Assembly (NCBI GenBank): GCA_951406725.2
Contig: OX597828.1
Location: 41,106,001 to 41,170,000 of the forward strand
Direction: 5' to 3'
Source of the DNA: Octopus vulgaris
Taxonomy: Eukaryota
Length of the DNA: 64,000 nt
Of this stretch, positions 12,520 through 26,559 are shown piece after piece. Positions within the stretch are counted from its first letter, which is position 1, and each line of letters begins with the position of its first letter. The notes beneath the pieces are model-generated. The model was not told the DNA's origin. It searched no databases and saw only the letters and a list, made by a program, of their open reading frames with translations. A program made the translations under genes and the position numbers.

Positions 12520-15500
12520 CTTTTATCCTTTTGTTTCGGTCATTTGAAAATAACTGGATGGTCTGTATTTGATTGTATTTTGCACCTATTACAACTAACT
12601 AATATTTTAGTATATGTGGACAGTTTGTGAATATCTTTTGTACAACTATTTATTCATCATTATCATTTAACGTCCGTTTTTCCATGCTGGCATGGGTTGG
12701 ACGGTTTGACTGGGGACTGGCAAGCCAGGGGGCTGCACCAGGCTCCAATCTCATCTGGCGATGTTTCTACAGCTTGATGCCCTTCCTAACACCAGCCACT
12801 CAGAGAGTGTTTTGGGTGTTTTTTATGTGCCACCAGCATGGGAGCCAGTCAGGCAGCACTGGTATCGACCACATTCAGATGGTGCTTTTTACGTGCCACC
12901 GACATGGGGAGCCAGTCAGGCAGCACTGGCAACAAAGAAATTATGCTACTGTGCACTTATGTATGTGAATGTATTCATTTGAAGTCAGTGATTTTTGCTT
13001 GTGTAATGTGCAACAAGTCCAGTGGATCATGTTGAACAGAGCTGGGCCACATACTAATGTCCCAATAACTTGTTTAAAAACAGTTTATAGTAGTTTGTGA
13101 GATACAAGAAGGGGCTAAAATAAACAAAATAAATATTGAGTCTTACCTGAGCATAAGCTTCTTCACTCATGCCTCCTCTTTTGTGTATTTCAGTGACGAT
13201 AACCCCAGGGCTGAAAAATATAATCAGAAGTACAAACAACTTAGCTAGGGTAGCAAGTTTTAATCTGTATTCATATTATTGTGAGGATCACAGGCTTTGT
13301 GATAGCTTGGTATAAGAATCAAACTGATGAATTTCATCTTAAGAGTCATCAGGATTCACTTTTATAAATACCAAAAGATAACATCAAAAAGCTATTTATT
13401 AAAATCTAAGAAAGATTACACACGGCACAACTCATTTACATAATGGTACAAGGATTACTTATTCTACATAATGGTATAAATATCTGAACATTAACAGAAC
13501 TAATGTGAAGATATGAGACTTACTTGACACTGTTTACACGCACTTTCTTCGGTGCCAACTCTGCAAAACATAGAGAAAGATGGAAAATACTCAGCACATC
13601 ATAAAATAACAAGATACAACAATGGCTGGAACACTTAATCATAGGCCTGCTTGACCAGGCTCAAAACAACACAGAACTGAACACTTAATCATAGGCCTGC
13701 TTGACCAGGGTCAAAACAACACAGAACTGAACATTTAATCATAGGCCTGCTTGACCAGGCTCAAAACAACTCAGAACTGAACATTTAATCATAGGCCTGC
13801 TTGACCAGGCTCAAAACAACACAGAACTGAACATTTAATCATAGGCCTGCTTGACCAAAACAACACAGAACTGAACACTTAATCATAGGCCTGCTTGACC
13901 AGGGTCAAAACAACACAGAACTGAACACTTAATCATAGGCCTGCTTGACCAGGGTCAAAACAACACAGAACTGAACACTTAATCATAGGCCTGCTTGACC
14001 AGGCTCAAAACAACACAGAACTGAACACTTAATCATAGGCCTGCTTGACCAGGGTCAAAACAACATAGAACTGAAAAGAAAAGTGAAAAATATTTGAAAG
14101 AAATGAGGAAAAAAATCAACTTACCAAGAGCTACAGTACAGGTGAACTGATCCAAAGCACTTTTAGACATATTGTATGCTAGAACTCCAGGGAACTGAAA
14201 TACAAATGGTAAACTGAATTGAATAGGAAGACTTTGTCATAAATACAGAATAATGGTAGAACATTGTCAGTTTCTAAAGAGGAATTAAAATGAATACTAA
14301 ACAGTTAGCTTAGATGCATTAAGGTTATCTATCTTAGTGATTATAACTGACTGAATATATATATTTAAGAATAAACTCTTTCCAAGTAATCTTAGTATAA
14401 TCATAGAATAAAATGTGTCAAATTACTATTCCAAGTCTACCCATTCAATATGTAATCCAAACCTTATTAACATGAAACAAGGGGTAGATTAAGCTAATGT
14501 GGGGTTTATAGCATAAGAAAGAGCCCTAAATTAAAAATAAAAAAAAGGTTCTAAATTAAAAACTCAGCTAATTTCTCAAATGACAGAACCAGGGGTTGAT
14601 GTTAAACCAGTCAATGAATTAACTACCTCAGAAGAACATCTTTTTTATCTTCTATCTTTTATTTGTTCCAGTCATTAGACTGTGGCCATGCTGGAGTACC
14701 ACGTCGAAGAATTTTTAGTTTAAATGAATCGATCCCAGTACTTTTTTCTTTTTTAAGCCTGGTGTGTGGTTAGGGAGCTTGCTTCCTAACTGCATGGTTT
14801 CGGGTTCAGTCCCACTGTGTGGCACTTTGGGTAGGTGTCTTCTGCTATAGCCCGAGCCGACCAGATATTTGTGATTGAATTCGGTAGGTGGGAGTTACTG
14901 CCATGTGTGTATGTGTGCTAATAGCTGCTCAGTGCCTCTCCGAAAGAGAGAGAGGGTACTTACTCTATCAGTCTCATTTGCTGAACTGCTAAGCTATCCC
15001 TTTCGTTGCTATATTTATTTTGAGATGCTCTGTGTTTCTTTCAATTAATTTAAATATGACAAAGAATTTAGTAAAATAACTTAGTTATCATTCAACTAGT
15101 GTTAGGAACATAAATTGTGACTAAGGTTTGGAGGAAGATTTTAATTCAAAACTTATGAAAACAAGACATTTGTACTCAGAGCCAGATCCAGTTTCAGCTA
15201 GGTTGGTAACGAAAGGATAATGGAAATATAAAGAAACCAACAGCAATTGTCAAGCAGTGATGGGAGACAAACCAACACACACACACACATATGACAAGCT
15301 TCTTTCAGTTTCTTGTCTACCAAATCCATTCTCAAAGCTTTGATCGGCCTGAGGCTATAGTAGAAAACACTTGCCTAAAGTACCACGCAATGGGACTGAA
15401 TCCAGAACTATGTGGTTGAGGATCAAACTTCTTACCACACAGCCATGTGGATCTTCTATGCAGTTTCTATCAACAGAATTTCTCTCACAGGTAGTACAAC

Positions 15501-18500
15501 TGAGGTGACAAGACTTAGCTAGAAATGTTAATTTCTTGAAAAGAGAAGTTGACTTTTACACATGAAAATTTATAATTTTAATCTTGGAAAATCTAAATGG
15601 CGTCAACTTACAGATCTTATGCCATTTACACTGGAAACATTCACAATAGTTCCTTGAGTTGCTATCAAATGAGGCACTGCTAACATGGTCAGTTGATAAA
15701 CAGACCTGGAGGAAGAAATTTACCCAGTTTTTAACAAAAAAAATCTTTTATATTTATTTTATCATTTACATAACCAATGCACACACACAGATAGGTAGCA
15801 AGAAAGATAGATAGATTGATAGCAAGAAAGATAGATAGATTGATAGCAAGATAGATAGATAGCAAGAAAGATAGATAGATTGATAGCAAGAAAGATAGAT
15901 AGATTGATAGCAAGAAAGATAGATAGATTGATAGCAAGAAAGATAGATAGATTGATAGCAAGATAGATAGATAGATTGATAGCAAGATAGATAGATAGAT
16001 TGATAGCAAGATAGATAGATAGATTGATAGCAAGATAGATAGATAGATTGATAGCAAGAAAGATAGATTGATAGCAAGAAAGATAGATAGATTGATAGCA
16101 AGATAGATAGATAGATTGATAGCAAGATAGATAGATAGATTGATAGCAAGATAGATAGATTGATAGCAAGAAAGATAGATTGATAGCAAGAAAGATAGAT
16201 AGATTGATAGCAAGAAAGATAGATAGATTGATAGCAAGATAGATAGATAGATTGATAGCAAGATAGATAGATAGATAGATAGCAAGAAAGATAGATTGAT
16301 AGCAAGAAAGATAGATAGATTGATAGCAAGATAGATAGATTGATAGCAAGATAGATAGATAGATTGATAGCAAGAAAGATAGATAGATTGATAGCAAGAT
16401 AGATAGATTGATAGCAAGATAGATAGATAGATTGATAGCAAGATAGATAGATAGATTGATAGCAAGATAGATAGATTGATAGCAAGAAAGATAGATAGAT
16501 TGATAGCAAGATAGATAGATAGATAGATAGCAAGAAAGATAGATAGATTGATAGCAAGATAGATAGATTGATAGCAAGATAGATAGATAGATTGATAGCA
16601 AGATAGATAGATTGATAGCAAGAAAGATAGATAGATTGATAACAAGATAGATAGATAGATTGATAGCAAGATAGATAGATAGATAGATAGCAAGAAAGAT
16701 AGATAGATTGATAGCAAGATAGATAGATAGATTGATAGCAAGATAGATAGATAAATAAAATGATAGCAAGAAAGAAAGATAGATAAATTCATAGAAAGAA
16801 AGACAGATAAATAGACAGACAGACAAACAGATAGATAGATTAAGGGTAGGAGGGAGAGAGATTCAGGCAATATTTTCAAATTACATTCAATGCAAATCTA
16901 ATAAAAAGTCTGTAGTTCATAGCTTAATGATTAGGTCACTCAAAACAGGGGTTTTAGGTCAGAAAGTATTTTGGAAAAAACAAAACAAAAAGAACCTACA
17001 GAGAGGTGGAAGTGATGGGTGTAATTATAGAGATTTCATAATAACTATATTTGTTTGGTGATATCCAACATCAGCAATACTTGTAACTGTTAAATACAGC
17101 ACTGGACAGTTCTTGTTTTATTTCACAGCAGCAGAACAACTGGGAAGAACATCATCATCATCATTTAACATCTGTTTTCTGTGCTGGCATGGGTTGGACA
17201 GTTTGATCAGAGCTGGGAAGCTGCACCAGGTTCCAGTTGATTTGGTTTGGTTTCTAAGGCTGGAAGCCCTTCCTAATGCCAAGCACTGCATGAGCGCCCT
17301 AATGTGGCACTGGCATGAGTACTTTTTACGTGGCATTGGCACAGGGTTTTTGTAGGCCAACCCTCTTCATCAGAGAGAGTGACATTAACACATCTGCTGT
17401 GGACAACAGGTCTTCTTGAGTACAGAATGGTGCCAGATATCTCAGTATTTAAAGAGGAGGTAACAAGGTGGTCGAGAATGCAAAGAGAGTCTCATTAGAG
17501 GTGGAGTGGCTTTATTAAGAGGAAATTAACAGGTTAGTGAAAAAACAAACCTGAGATCAAATCTTGCTGTCACACAAGTGAAAGGAAAGTAGATTATCAA
17601 ACAGAAAAACAAATTTTACCCAAAGGTACAGGGACCTTTGAAGCCAACAAGGTAGCTTCTATTTCTAGACCTGCTAGAAATAGCACCCAAACCATTTTTT
17701 AAAATCATGTCTTCATTCTTGCACATGTTCAGTCCACTGATGGATGAAGGCCTCAACATCATCTCTCCACCAACTACGTTTGAGTGCTGAACGATTTAAC
17801 AAAGTCTTCATTCCAACTTCTGCATGATGTTTCCCTTTTTTCAGATGTGGTGTCCATTCTCTCAGTTTGCTTTTCTCTCTATTCTCCTTTCTTCTAATCA
17901 CACGTCCCACAAAAGACCATTTCTGGATTTATATCTTCCAGACAATAAATCTGTTAAACCTCTTTTGCCACTCTCATCCTGTTGTTTCACCACTTACCCA
18001 TTTTCTTAATTTTCAGCATTCTCCCCCTCCATAGTTCTTTGTGTTGATCTTAATTTATTTTCAATGCTCGTGTTGGCAGTCCTTGTTTCTGATGCATGCA
18101 TCAGCATGTAGACAGCATACCCTGGTTGAAGACCTTTCCTTTTAGACACATGGACAATTTACTGCTCATGATGTGATTCAGTTGACCAAAGAATGCCCAT
18201 CCTAATTGTATTTGTTGTTCAATTTCTTTGGTCTGATTTTTATCCTTTAAGCAGAATTATTTGTTCAAGATGGGCAAATTGGTTCACATAGTTCAACTAT
18301 TTCATCATCTATTACTACATTTCCAGTTGTGATTAGATGGTTGGAGATTATCTTCATTTTACAATCTCCAACCATTGTCTCCACTATTACTTTTTATTTT
18401 ACAAAACTAACATTTTTGGCACCACAAACAACACAAGAGATGAGAGAGATGAATTACATATTTTTGTGATTGGAAAGACATCACAGAATTGAAAATGGAG

Positions 18501-21303
18501 GAATTCTTGATAAAGATACGAAAAAGAAATCCTTTCCTCAAGCCAATAATTAACTTAGAAGATTAATTCCAAATTTAGATTTCGTACCGTACATTAATGT
18601 TAAAGACTTCATCAAATTGTTTCAAGCTAGTGGTTTCAATAGATCCATTAGCCAAAATTCCAGCACAGTTTACCTGTAGATACAATACAAAAAATAAATA
18701 ATAAGCATGGATTGTTAAGTAGAAACAAGGCATCGTACAGAGGTAAGGAATAACACACACACACACACACAAAAAGTGGACAAAATAAGGGACCAAGAAA
18801 TTGTTAAAGAATATCAAAAACAAAAAGGAAGAGAATGTCATTTGGCCCTTTCATAACCACATTTCTAATGTGAAGTCCATATTTAAATTTGTTATAAAAC
18901 AAGAAAAAAAAATTTCATTCTCAGTTAAAGTGGTGTCTGGAACATAATTTATTGAAGTTTTACACAAAAAATATAACAAACCAAAAGAAAAATTTTCATT
19001 ATTAACTGAATTGGTTAAGGCAGTGAGCTGGCAGAATTGTTAGCACAACGGGCAAAACGCTGAACGGTATTTTGGCCTTCTTCACATCCTAAGTTCAAAT
19101 TCCGCCGAGGTTGACTTTGCTTTTCATCCTTTTGAGGTTGATGAAAAAAATACCAGTTGAGCACTGAGGTTGATGTAATCAAGTAGCCCTACCCCAAAAT
19201 TTCAGGCCTGGTGCCTTTAGTAGAATGGATTATTAATTAAATTGGTGTCTGGAACATAACTTATTAAAGTCTTACTTCAAATGATGGTGGAAGATTATAG
19301 TTTTTAAGTGAACACTTTAAAACGAAAAAGGTATAGAAAGGATTAAAGATAAGGTGTGAAGATTAGGAACATTAGAAATTGTAACAGATTAAGAAACAAA
19401 TATATTTACCAAAATGTTTAGTTTTCCAAAATGAGAAATGGTTTTCTCCATCACATTTTTGACATCACCTTCCTTTGAAAGGTCAGCCACAACCATTAAT
19501 GGCTGAAATAAGAAAGAGTTTTCATTAAATAGCATAGACCAGTGCTACTCAAAGTGGTGGCCTGCAACGAGGTTCCAGAAAAGGAAGAAACATTATAAAA
19601 TGCTTATGTAATATTGTGTTATTTGTTTATAAAATAAATATAAGATTTTAAAAATTGTCAACTTTTATTACATTTTTTTTTTTTCATCGTTTAACGTCCG
19701 TTCTCCATGCTAGCATGGGTTGGACGGTTCGACCGGGGATCTGGGAAGCCAGAAGGCTGCACCAGGCTCCAGTCTTATCTGGCAATGTTTCTACAGCTGG
19801 ATGCCCTTCCTAACGCCAACCACTCCGTGAGTGTAGTGGGTGCTTTTTACGTGCCACCTGCACAGGTGCCAGGTGAGGCTGGCAACGGCCACGGTCGGAT
19901 TGGTGCATTTTACGTGCCACCAGCACGGAAGCCAGTCAAGGTGGCACTGGCATTCATTATACATATTATTTCCAGTATAAATTAATATTACAAAGAAATA
20001 TTACCAGCCCTGGGCACAGTGGAAAAGAAAAACTGCCAGTATGCCACATCAGATAGTTTGAGAAGCACTGGCACAGACCAGAGATGAGGAACAATTAAAC
20101 AGTATAGCTTTAAATAGTGCATAGATGAGGAATTCTTATAATCTATTGGTTTGTAGGGTTCCTATTGTGATTCCATCTTGATGCAGTGTATCAAAAGTTA
20201 GAAGGGAAAGTAAAAAATTATCCACACTTTCACCAAAACTTCCTTTAAGTTGGCTGCACTGCTTTCAGCGCTTGTATTCTAAAAGGCGATACTCTTCTGG
20301 TTACATATCTGAGGTTTGACCTTGTTCACTCCAGTTTTCTTTCTTGTGTTACAGAGTAAACATGGCTGCACCACTGGCAGTGTGAACCAAGGACAAACAG
20401 ATCGGTGATCTGATTTCTCTAGTCTAAAGGTGTGTTAGGAGCTGAAATTCATCACAGGTTTTGAATAAAATACAGAGACAGCATTCCCCTGTGTAAAAGT
20501 ATGAGTGGAAAGAGATGTTTAAAAATGGCTGGCCAAGCATGAAGCACAAAGAGAAAGCAGGATGCCCATCAACCTCCACAACTGATGAGAAGATTCAACA
20601 AGTTTGAGAGATGGTTCTTATCATTCAACTAGTGTTAGGAACATAAATTGTGACTAAGGTTTGGGGAAGATTTTAATTCAAAACATGAAAACAAGACATT
20701 CCAACTCAGAGCCAGAGCTGATTTCAGTTGGGTTGGTAACGAAAGGGTTAAAGAGAAACAGTATTCAAAAATAACTAAGATTATACAGTGAAGGTTTATA
20801 CCAGTCAAGTACAGACTGCAACTAGGAGCACTTTCTGAAAAAAATGCTAAAATGAAAAATTGGTCTGCAGCACACTGGATGATAAAAATTATATTAAGAT
20901 AAAAATATGTGTGCGTGCGTGTGTATATATACAGAATAGGTACACTTTAACTTAACAAATTTTTGCGCAATTGACCTTTGAGCATATTCCTCTTCTCACT
21001 GATAAGACACTGAGAAGGAATGAAACATTAGGTTTCAGATTTGTACTCCTGTTTAGCTGACATATCTTTTATCTATTTTTTTTAATCTACTTGTTGCATT
21101 CATTAGACTGTAGCCATGCTGGAGCACTGTGATGAAAAAGGTTTTAGTCAAATGAATCGACCCCAATGCTTTTTTATATTATTTTAAGACCTGGTACTTA
21201 TTCTATCAGTCTCTTTGCAGAACTACTAAGTTACAGGGATGTAAACACATCAAAACTTGCTGCCAAGTAGTGGTGAGGCACAAACAAAACACAAACAAAC
21301 ATA

Positions 21304-21354
<51 letters not shown>

Positions 21355-24300
21355 GATAGGCTTCTTTCAGTTTCTGTCTACCAAATCCATTCACCAGACT
21401 TCAGTCTGCCTGAAGCTATAGTATAAGACATTTGCCCAAGGTGCCACACAGTGGGACTGAACCTAGAGTCTTGTGACTGGGAAGTAATACAGACATGATA
21501 ATCCTAACTCTACAATATTTAAGAAAAAATTAGCAACAATATACTTCACGCCATACATATACGCACATATATAAATGCATGCATTACACACTGTACATGC
21601 AAACATGATGATATACTGTGTTAATGTGTTTCTCCCACAAAAGAGACAATAAAAACATACAGATGGGTTTATTGTTTCTTTATTTTGTGTGTATGTGTGT
21701 GTTGAATGAGACTGTTTTACCTTAGAACCATTTTTTTCACATTCATCTGCAGTTTTCTTCAAGTTGTCTTCTTTCCTGCCAGTAATAGCCAACTTTGCAC
21801 CAAGTTTACTAAACAACACTGCAGTACCGGCTCCAATACCAGAACTGGCACCTAAAAAAGATAGAAAAAGAAAAAAATTTGCAGAACTTTTGTTTTTTTT
21901 GGGTTGTCATTCTTTACCTCAATACAATGATTTGTTTTTAGTTAAGAATCCTTAATTACAATTTATCTTTTGTATAATCAAAGTTACATTTCACATACAT
22001 GCAAAGAATTCCAAAGCATCTATTCTATGGAGTTCTAGCTAGGAAAAGAGTGTTATGCAAACCAACGTTACAAAGACTGCATGGTTACAGACTTGTAAAC
22101 ACTATATACTACATCAATCTGTATATTGGAAACTGCAGTACATACAGTAAAAATAAGCAGTAAACAGTCTACTTTATACCACATTCAATATGAAATGATG
22201 TCAAAATTTTACACCAAAAAGATCAAAAAATTATGTCACATTCCACACACAAAAAAACACAAAAAACATGAAATAATGTCACAATTGCACACCACACTAA
22301 ATAATATTAATTTTTCACCCAGAAATGATTATCACAGAATCACATGAAACATCACAATACCTTTTGTATATAACCCAAAATATAGTTCAGTTAATTACAA
22401 ACAATACCAATCTCGACAATTCACATAATCAACATCATCATTTAATATCTGTTTTCTATGCTGGCATGGGTTGGACAGTTTGATAGATGCTTGGAAGGCC
22501 AAGGGCTGCACCATTGTCCGTTTTGGCATGGTTTCTACTGCTGGATGTCCTTCACTAATGCCAACCACTTTATATAATCAATTTACAACACAGATACAAT
22601 AACAACCAACCCAAGAAATAGTAGCCATATCTTCTTCAAATCCTGCCACCTCAGGCAGGATGAGATTTGAACAAGATATCAGTTAGTTATATATATATCA
22701 CACTGACACCCTGTCACCACCACCTTTGTCCCGCTTTCCAGCTCCATCCGGATTACTCTCATTCAGACAAGGAGAATCATGTCTTGCATTTGACCTGGCA
22801 ACCTCACCAGTGCTGGTGCCATGAAAAGAACACCAAGTACACTGTAAAGTGGTTGGCATTAGAAACGGCATCCAGCAGCAGAAACCATGCCAAAGTAGAC
22901 AGTGGATCACAATGCAGTCTTCCAGTTTATTGGATCCTGTCAACATGTCCCAAACTATGTCAGCATGGGAAATGGCCATGAAATGTTGAACACTTAAGGG
23001 CAATTCTCAGAAAAAGTTAACTGTCCTCATAAATATACAAATATCATTTAAGTCCTTTCATGACAATATGAAACCATGATGCAATTGGTATTAAATGCTC
23101 AAATAGGTGGTGGTATAAAATAGAGTGATATAACTACTCCTACTGTAATATTTAAAGATTACTCTGATAATATTTTAATACATATCATCATCATCACCAT
23201 CATTTAACATCTATTTTCCATGCTGGCATAGGTTGGACAGTTTGACTGGAGCTGGTAAGGCCAGTGACCACACCAAGTTCCAATGTCTGTTCTGGCATGG
23301 TTTTTACAGCCAAATGCCCTTCCTAATGCCAACCACTCCTGTAGTGTACTGGGTGCTTTTTATGTGACACCAGTACCTACATCAATTCTGCTGTGGCAAA
23401 CGAGGCCCCTTGAGTACAGTAAGGTGCCAGATATCTTAGTCTTTTGTGATCTTCATAAGGCTCAGCGTCTTGAGATCGGCCTTCATATCCCATCTCTGCC
23501 TGGGTCTTCTTCTTCCATGAGCTTCATCCACTTTAAATGACTCCCAATTCTGTATACAACTGTCTACATCCATATGCATCACATGACCAAACCAGCAGTC
23601 TTCTCCTTTGCACACTGCAACTAATTCCTCTTATGCCCAACTTTTATCTCAATACACAAGCGCCCTGTTGCATATGAACACCGACACTGTACATCCAGCA
23701 GGGCATACTAGCTTCATTCCTCTATACTCTTCACATATCTTCTGCATTCATATATCTTCACATATCTTCTGCAGGGCTCACAATTCACTATCATGTCGGG
23801 TTGCTGTTTGTATAAATGCATCATACAATCTTCCTATCACTCGGAGGCAAAATCTCTGAATTTTCTTGATCCTATGTATGTACAATCATCATTTTAATGT
23901 CCACTTTTCCATACTTGCATGGGTTAGATGGAATTTGCTGAGGCAGATTTTCAACAACTGGATACCCTTCCTTCACCTGTCTTCAAGGTAATATTTTCCT
24001 CATGACCAAGGCAGGGAGCTGGCAGAACCATTAGCACACCAGGCGAAATGCTTAGCAGTAGTTCATCTGTCTTTATGTTCTGAGTTCAAATTCCACTGAG
24101 GCCGACTGTCTTTCATCCTTTTCTGGGTCGATAAATTAAGTATCAGTGTCTAATTGACTGGCCCCCACCTCCCCCAAAATTTCGGGCCTTGTGCCTATGG
24201 TAGAAAAGTATATTTTCCCCATGAACAGACATATTTTTCATAGAAGACTGGAAATGAAGAACACTATCTGCATCATGGTGACACATGTTAAGATAAGAAG

Positions 24301-25184
24301 GCATTAACATAAAACATTAAACCATTCATCTTTCTCCCCCCCGCCCCGCCGCTCCCACACACACACAAATTAGGGTTATAGCCTAAAACGTGGGATTCCG
24401 CAAAAAAAGAAAAAAATTAAGGGGACGTAGGGTTTTGTTTACATCTCCGTCATCAAATTTTCCAGAGTGAATTACATGGTTCGTTATTAAATATATCCCC
24501 CCCTCGTCCCCTCTTTTACAAACCAAAATATGGGATTTGCAGCATATTAAGGTCAAGGTACTTGATTCCACGCAAACAAAAAAAAAATCAGTTTTTTTTT
24601 TTTTTAGTGAAAATCGTGCGGGTGTTAATATAAAATTTTACCAAAATGTTACTCCAGTATCCCTGTTTATATGTTATATATAAACTTTGCCTTTCATCCT
24701 TTCGGGGTCGATAAATAAAGTACCAGTTATGCACTGGGGTCGATGTAATTGACTTAATCCCTTTGTCTGTCCTTGTTTGTCCCCTCTATGTCTAGCCCCT
24801 TGTGAGCAATAAAGAAATATATATATAAAAATAAAAATTCGTTCTATTAGAAAGTCCTGTATTGTTTTCTTCTTGTTTTTTTTTTCTTTTTTCCAGGTTT
24901 TGATTGATGCTCAAAACAAAAATACTGAGTATCATTTTTTAAAAAGAAATCCAAAAGAAAAAAAGGCTTAACGAAAAACAAATCGAAGGGTGGTGGTTTA
25001 AAACAACCCATGTTTAAACGAATAAATGCAAGGTGACACCCGTAAATGTTCTGCAACGTGTTTGATAGATTCTACACAACAACAACAACAGTATATATAT
25101 ATATATATAAAGGATTAGACTACAGACGAAGAAGACCTTACCACTTATTAGAGCCACTTTGCCACTTAAGTCACACATGTCCAT
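11075..25184 (-). CDS. SDR-A: classical SDR, FabG/3-oxoacyl-ACP reductase-like, 9 exons, 258 aa, intact
   Basis: Exons 25184-25142, 21851-21721, 19502-19410, 18673-18588, 15705-15612, 14194-14125, 13560-13524, 13210-13147, 11233-11075. All are GT-AG and total 777 nt in frame. Motifs: [27 protein letters not shown] (YxxxK), VRVNSVNPG, FITG..PVDGG. Confidence 0.93.
12255..12468. mobile_element. Tc1/mariner-type MITE
   Basis: TA|CAGGGTGGCTCAAAAGTAGGTTTATAGTT ... AACTGTAAACCTACCTTTGGGGCCACTCTG. Confidence 0.7.
13626..14075. repeat. 50-bp minisatellite x9 in SDR-A intron 6
   Basis: Unit CTGAACACTTAATCATAGGCCTGCTTGACCAGGCTCAAAACAACACAGAA. One unit carries a 6-bp deletion. Confidence 0.95.
15790..16840. 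repeat. Compound (GATA)n satellite punctuated by TGATAGCAAGA(AA)
   Basis: About 1 kb of variable 20-28-bp units in SDR-A intron 4. Confidence 0.95.
17780..18365 (-). mobile_element. Old RTE-like LINE ORF2 remnant
   Basis: Broken minus-strand peptides (GWAFFGQLNHIM, LKGKVFNQ, EWTP) resemble the RTE C-terminal region. Many stops. Confidence 0.4.
19540..20070. mobile_element. hAT (Charlie-like) MITE with a nested RTE 3' end
   Basis: CAGTGCTACTCAAA ... TTTGAGAAGCACTG with 8-bp TSD GCATAGAC/GCACAGAC (7 of 8 match). Confidence 0.75.
20360..20617 (+). mobile_element. Degraded mariner transposase N-terminal fragment
   Basis: Broken frames give SVI*FL*SKGVLGAEIHHR and FKNG...AGCPSTSTTDEKIQQV, matching the mariner HTH/GRP linker pattern. 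Confidence 0.55.
23185..23860 (-). mobile_element. Degraded RTE LINE 3' fragment
   Basis: The minus strand gives EASMPCWMYSV...WFGHVM, followed by the GAT-tailed UTR of the family at 31588. Confidence 0.6.
24008..24208 (+). mobile_element. SINE (third family) with a Deu/Nin-like core
   Basis: GAGCTGGCAGAA head, GAGTTCAAATTCC B box and CTTTCATCCTTT..GGGTCGATAAATTAAGTA core. Relatives at 1-126, 19017-19230, 34375-34730 (-) and 45235-45400. Confidence 0.65.
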
Positions 25185-25581
25185 GATTTCAACTTTGGAT
25201 CGCAGCAGCCGTTACCGAAGAGAAAGGAACGAAAGAGAAAAGAAGAATGAGATGCGCAATGGGACTTCACTTCCGTTTTATGTCTATGCAAATAAACCAG
25301 AGGAAGTGGTTACATAAATATTGTTTACAACGTGTTCGTTTTATTAATTTAGATGTTACATTTCATATTCTGTTTGTCTATTAAGTTTTCATGTATTATA
25401 TGAAAATGGTAACAAACATAGTTTCGTTTCTCCATTGACACTTTCACTCTGTTAAATATAAGGAATCACAGGTTCGACGACGGTCGGAGGATTCCCCTCA
25501 TCAAAAACAAATTTATCTATTTGTTTATTTATGCATTTCATTTTGGGGTGATCTTTCGTTTAAAATTACACTGAATCGGCC

Positions 25582-25767
25582 ATACATACATACATACATA
25601 CATACATACATACATACATGCATGCATGCATGCATGCACGCACGCACGCATGCATGCATACATACATACATACATACATACATACACACATACATACACA
25701 CATACACACACACACACATACATAGATACATACACACACACATACATACATACATACATACATACAT

Positions 25768-25814
<47 letters not shown>

Positions 25815-25860
25815 TAGATACATACACACACATACATTCAGACATACATATACACATACA
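25582..25860. repeat. (TACA)n/(CA)n microsatellite
   Basis: Direct inspection. Confidence 0.95.
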
Positions 25861-26559
25861 CCGAGTAAAAAATTTCAGTTATCTCTCTCTTTCACACATT
25901 ACTCTCTCTGTCTCTTCACACACACTAACAGAAGCACTTCACTTACACAACATACTGTCTGTCTCCCACACCCCATCAAACACACACACACACGCACACA
26001 TGTACATCAATGCTTCGGTAACTTCAAAAGAAATTCCCTCGTCATAAAATCGCTTCCTCTTAGTCTCTTTCGCTCTCATTACTTCAAATGTTCCCGCAAG
26101 CCCATATGTAAAAAAATAAAAGTTTTTTACGGAAATCACCGACGGAAACGTGCTACTACAAACGAAAGATCGCCAATCGGCATAACTTGGCGATCGGTCG
26201 ACTTACAACACCGTTCTTTGTCTTGAGTTTGCGTGGTAGAGTCTGTTCGTTAACTTGACAACAAAGTCAAGGTGAGCTCTGATTGGCTGTATGCAAATGA
26301 GTTCATTTCTGGGGTCCGGAATTCTGGTAGGAAAAAAACATTTCGCAACCGACGGGTGGCGAAAGGACTTTCGGAAAATTCACAAGATCTGATTTTTCCC
26401 CTCATAACTTTTAGGAAAATGGACATCTTTGCTTCCAATTTGTGTATATGTTAATCTGAGTCAAGTTGAGCTTAACTTTAGAATAGTACTTTCTTTCTTT
26501 TTTTTTTATTTTGTATTATTGTTTAAAAGTGTGGGGGAATATGTGTACTTAATACCGGT

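Noticed and set aside
13626-14075. Regular 50-bp arrays (also 62087-62540 and the 45-bp array at 46429) as CRISPR-like arrays
   Set aside because: The units are head-to-tail with no unique spacers, there are no cas genes, and the context is eukaryotic. They are minisatellites.
15731-16879. Long 263-382 aa ORFs (LSIYLS repeats)
   Set aside because: Translation of the GATA satellite, open in all three minus frames and lying inside an SDR-A intron.
11075-25184. FabG-like genes as bacterial contamination or recent horizontal transfer
   Set aside because: Eight spliceosomal introns are filled with host repeats, and this SDR type is widespread in invertebrates.
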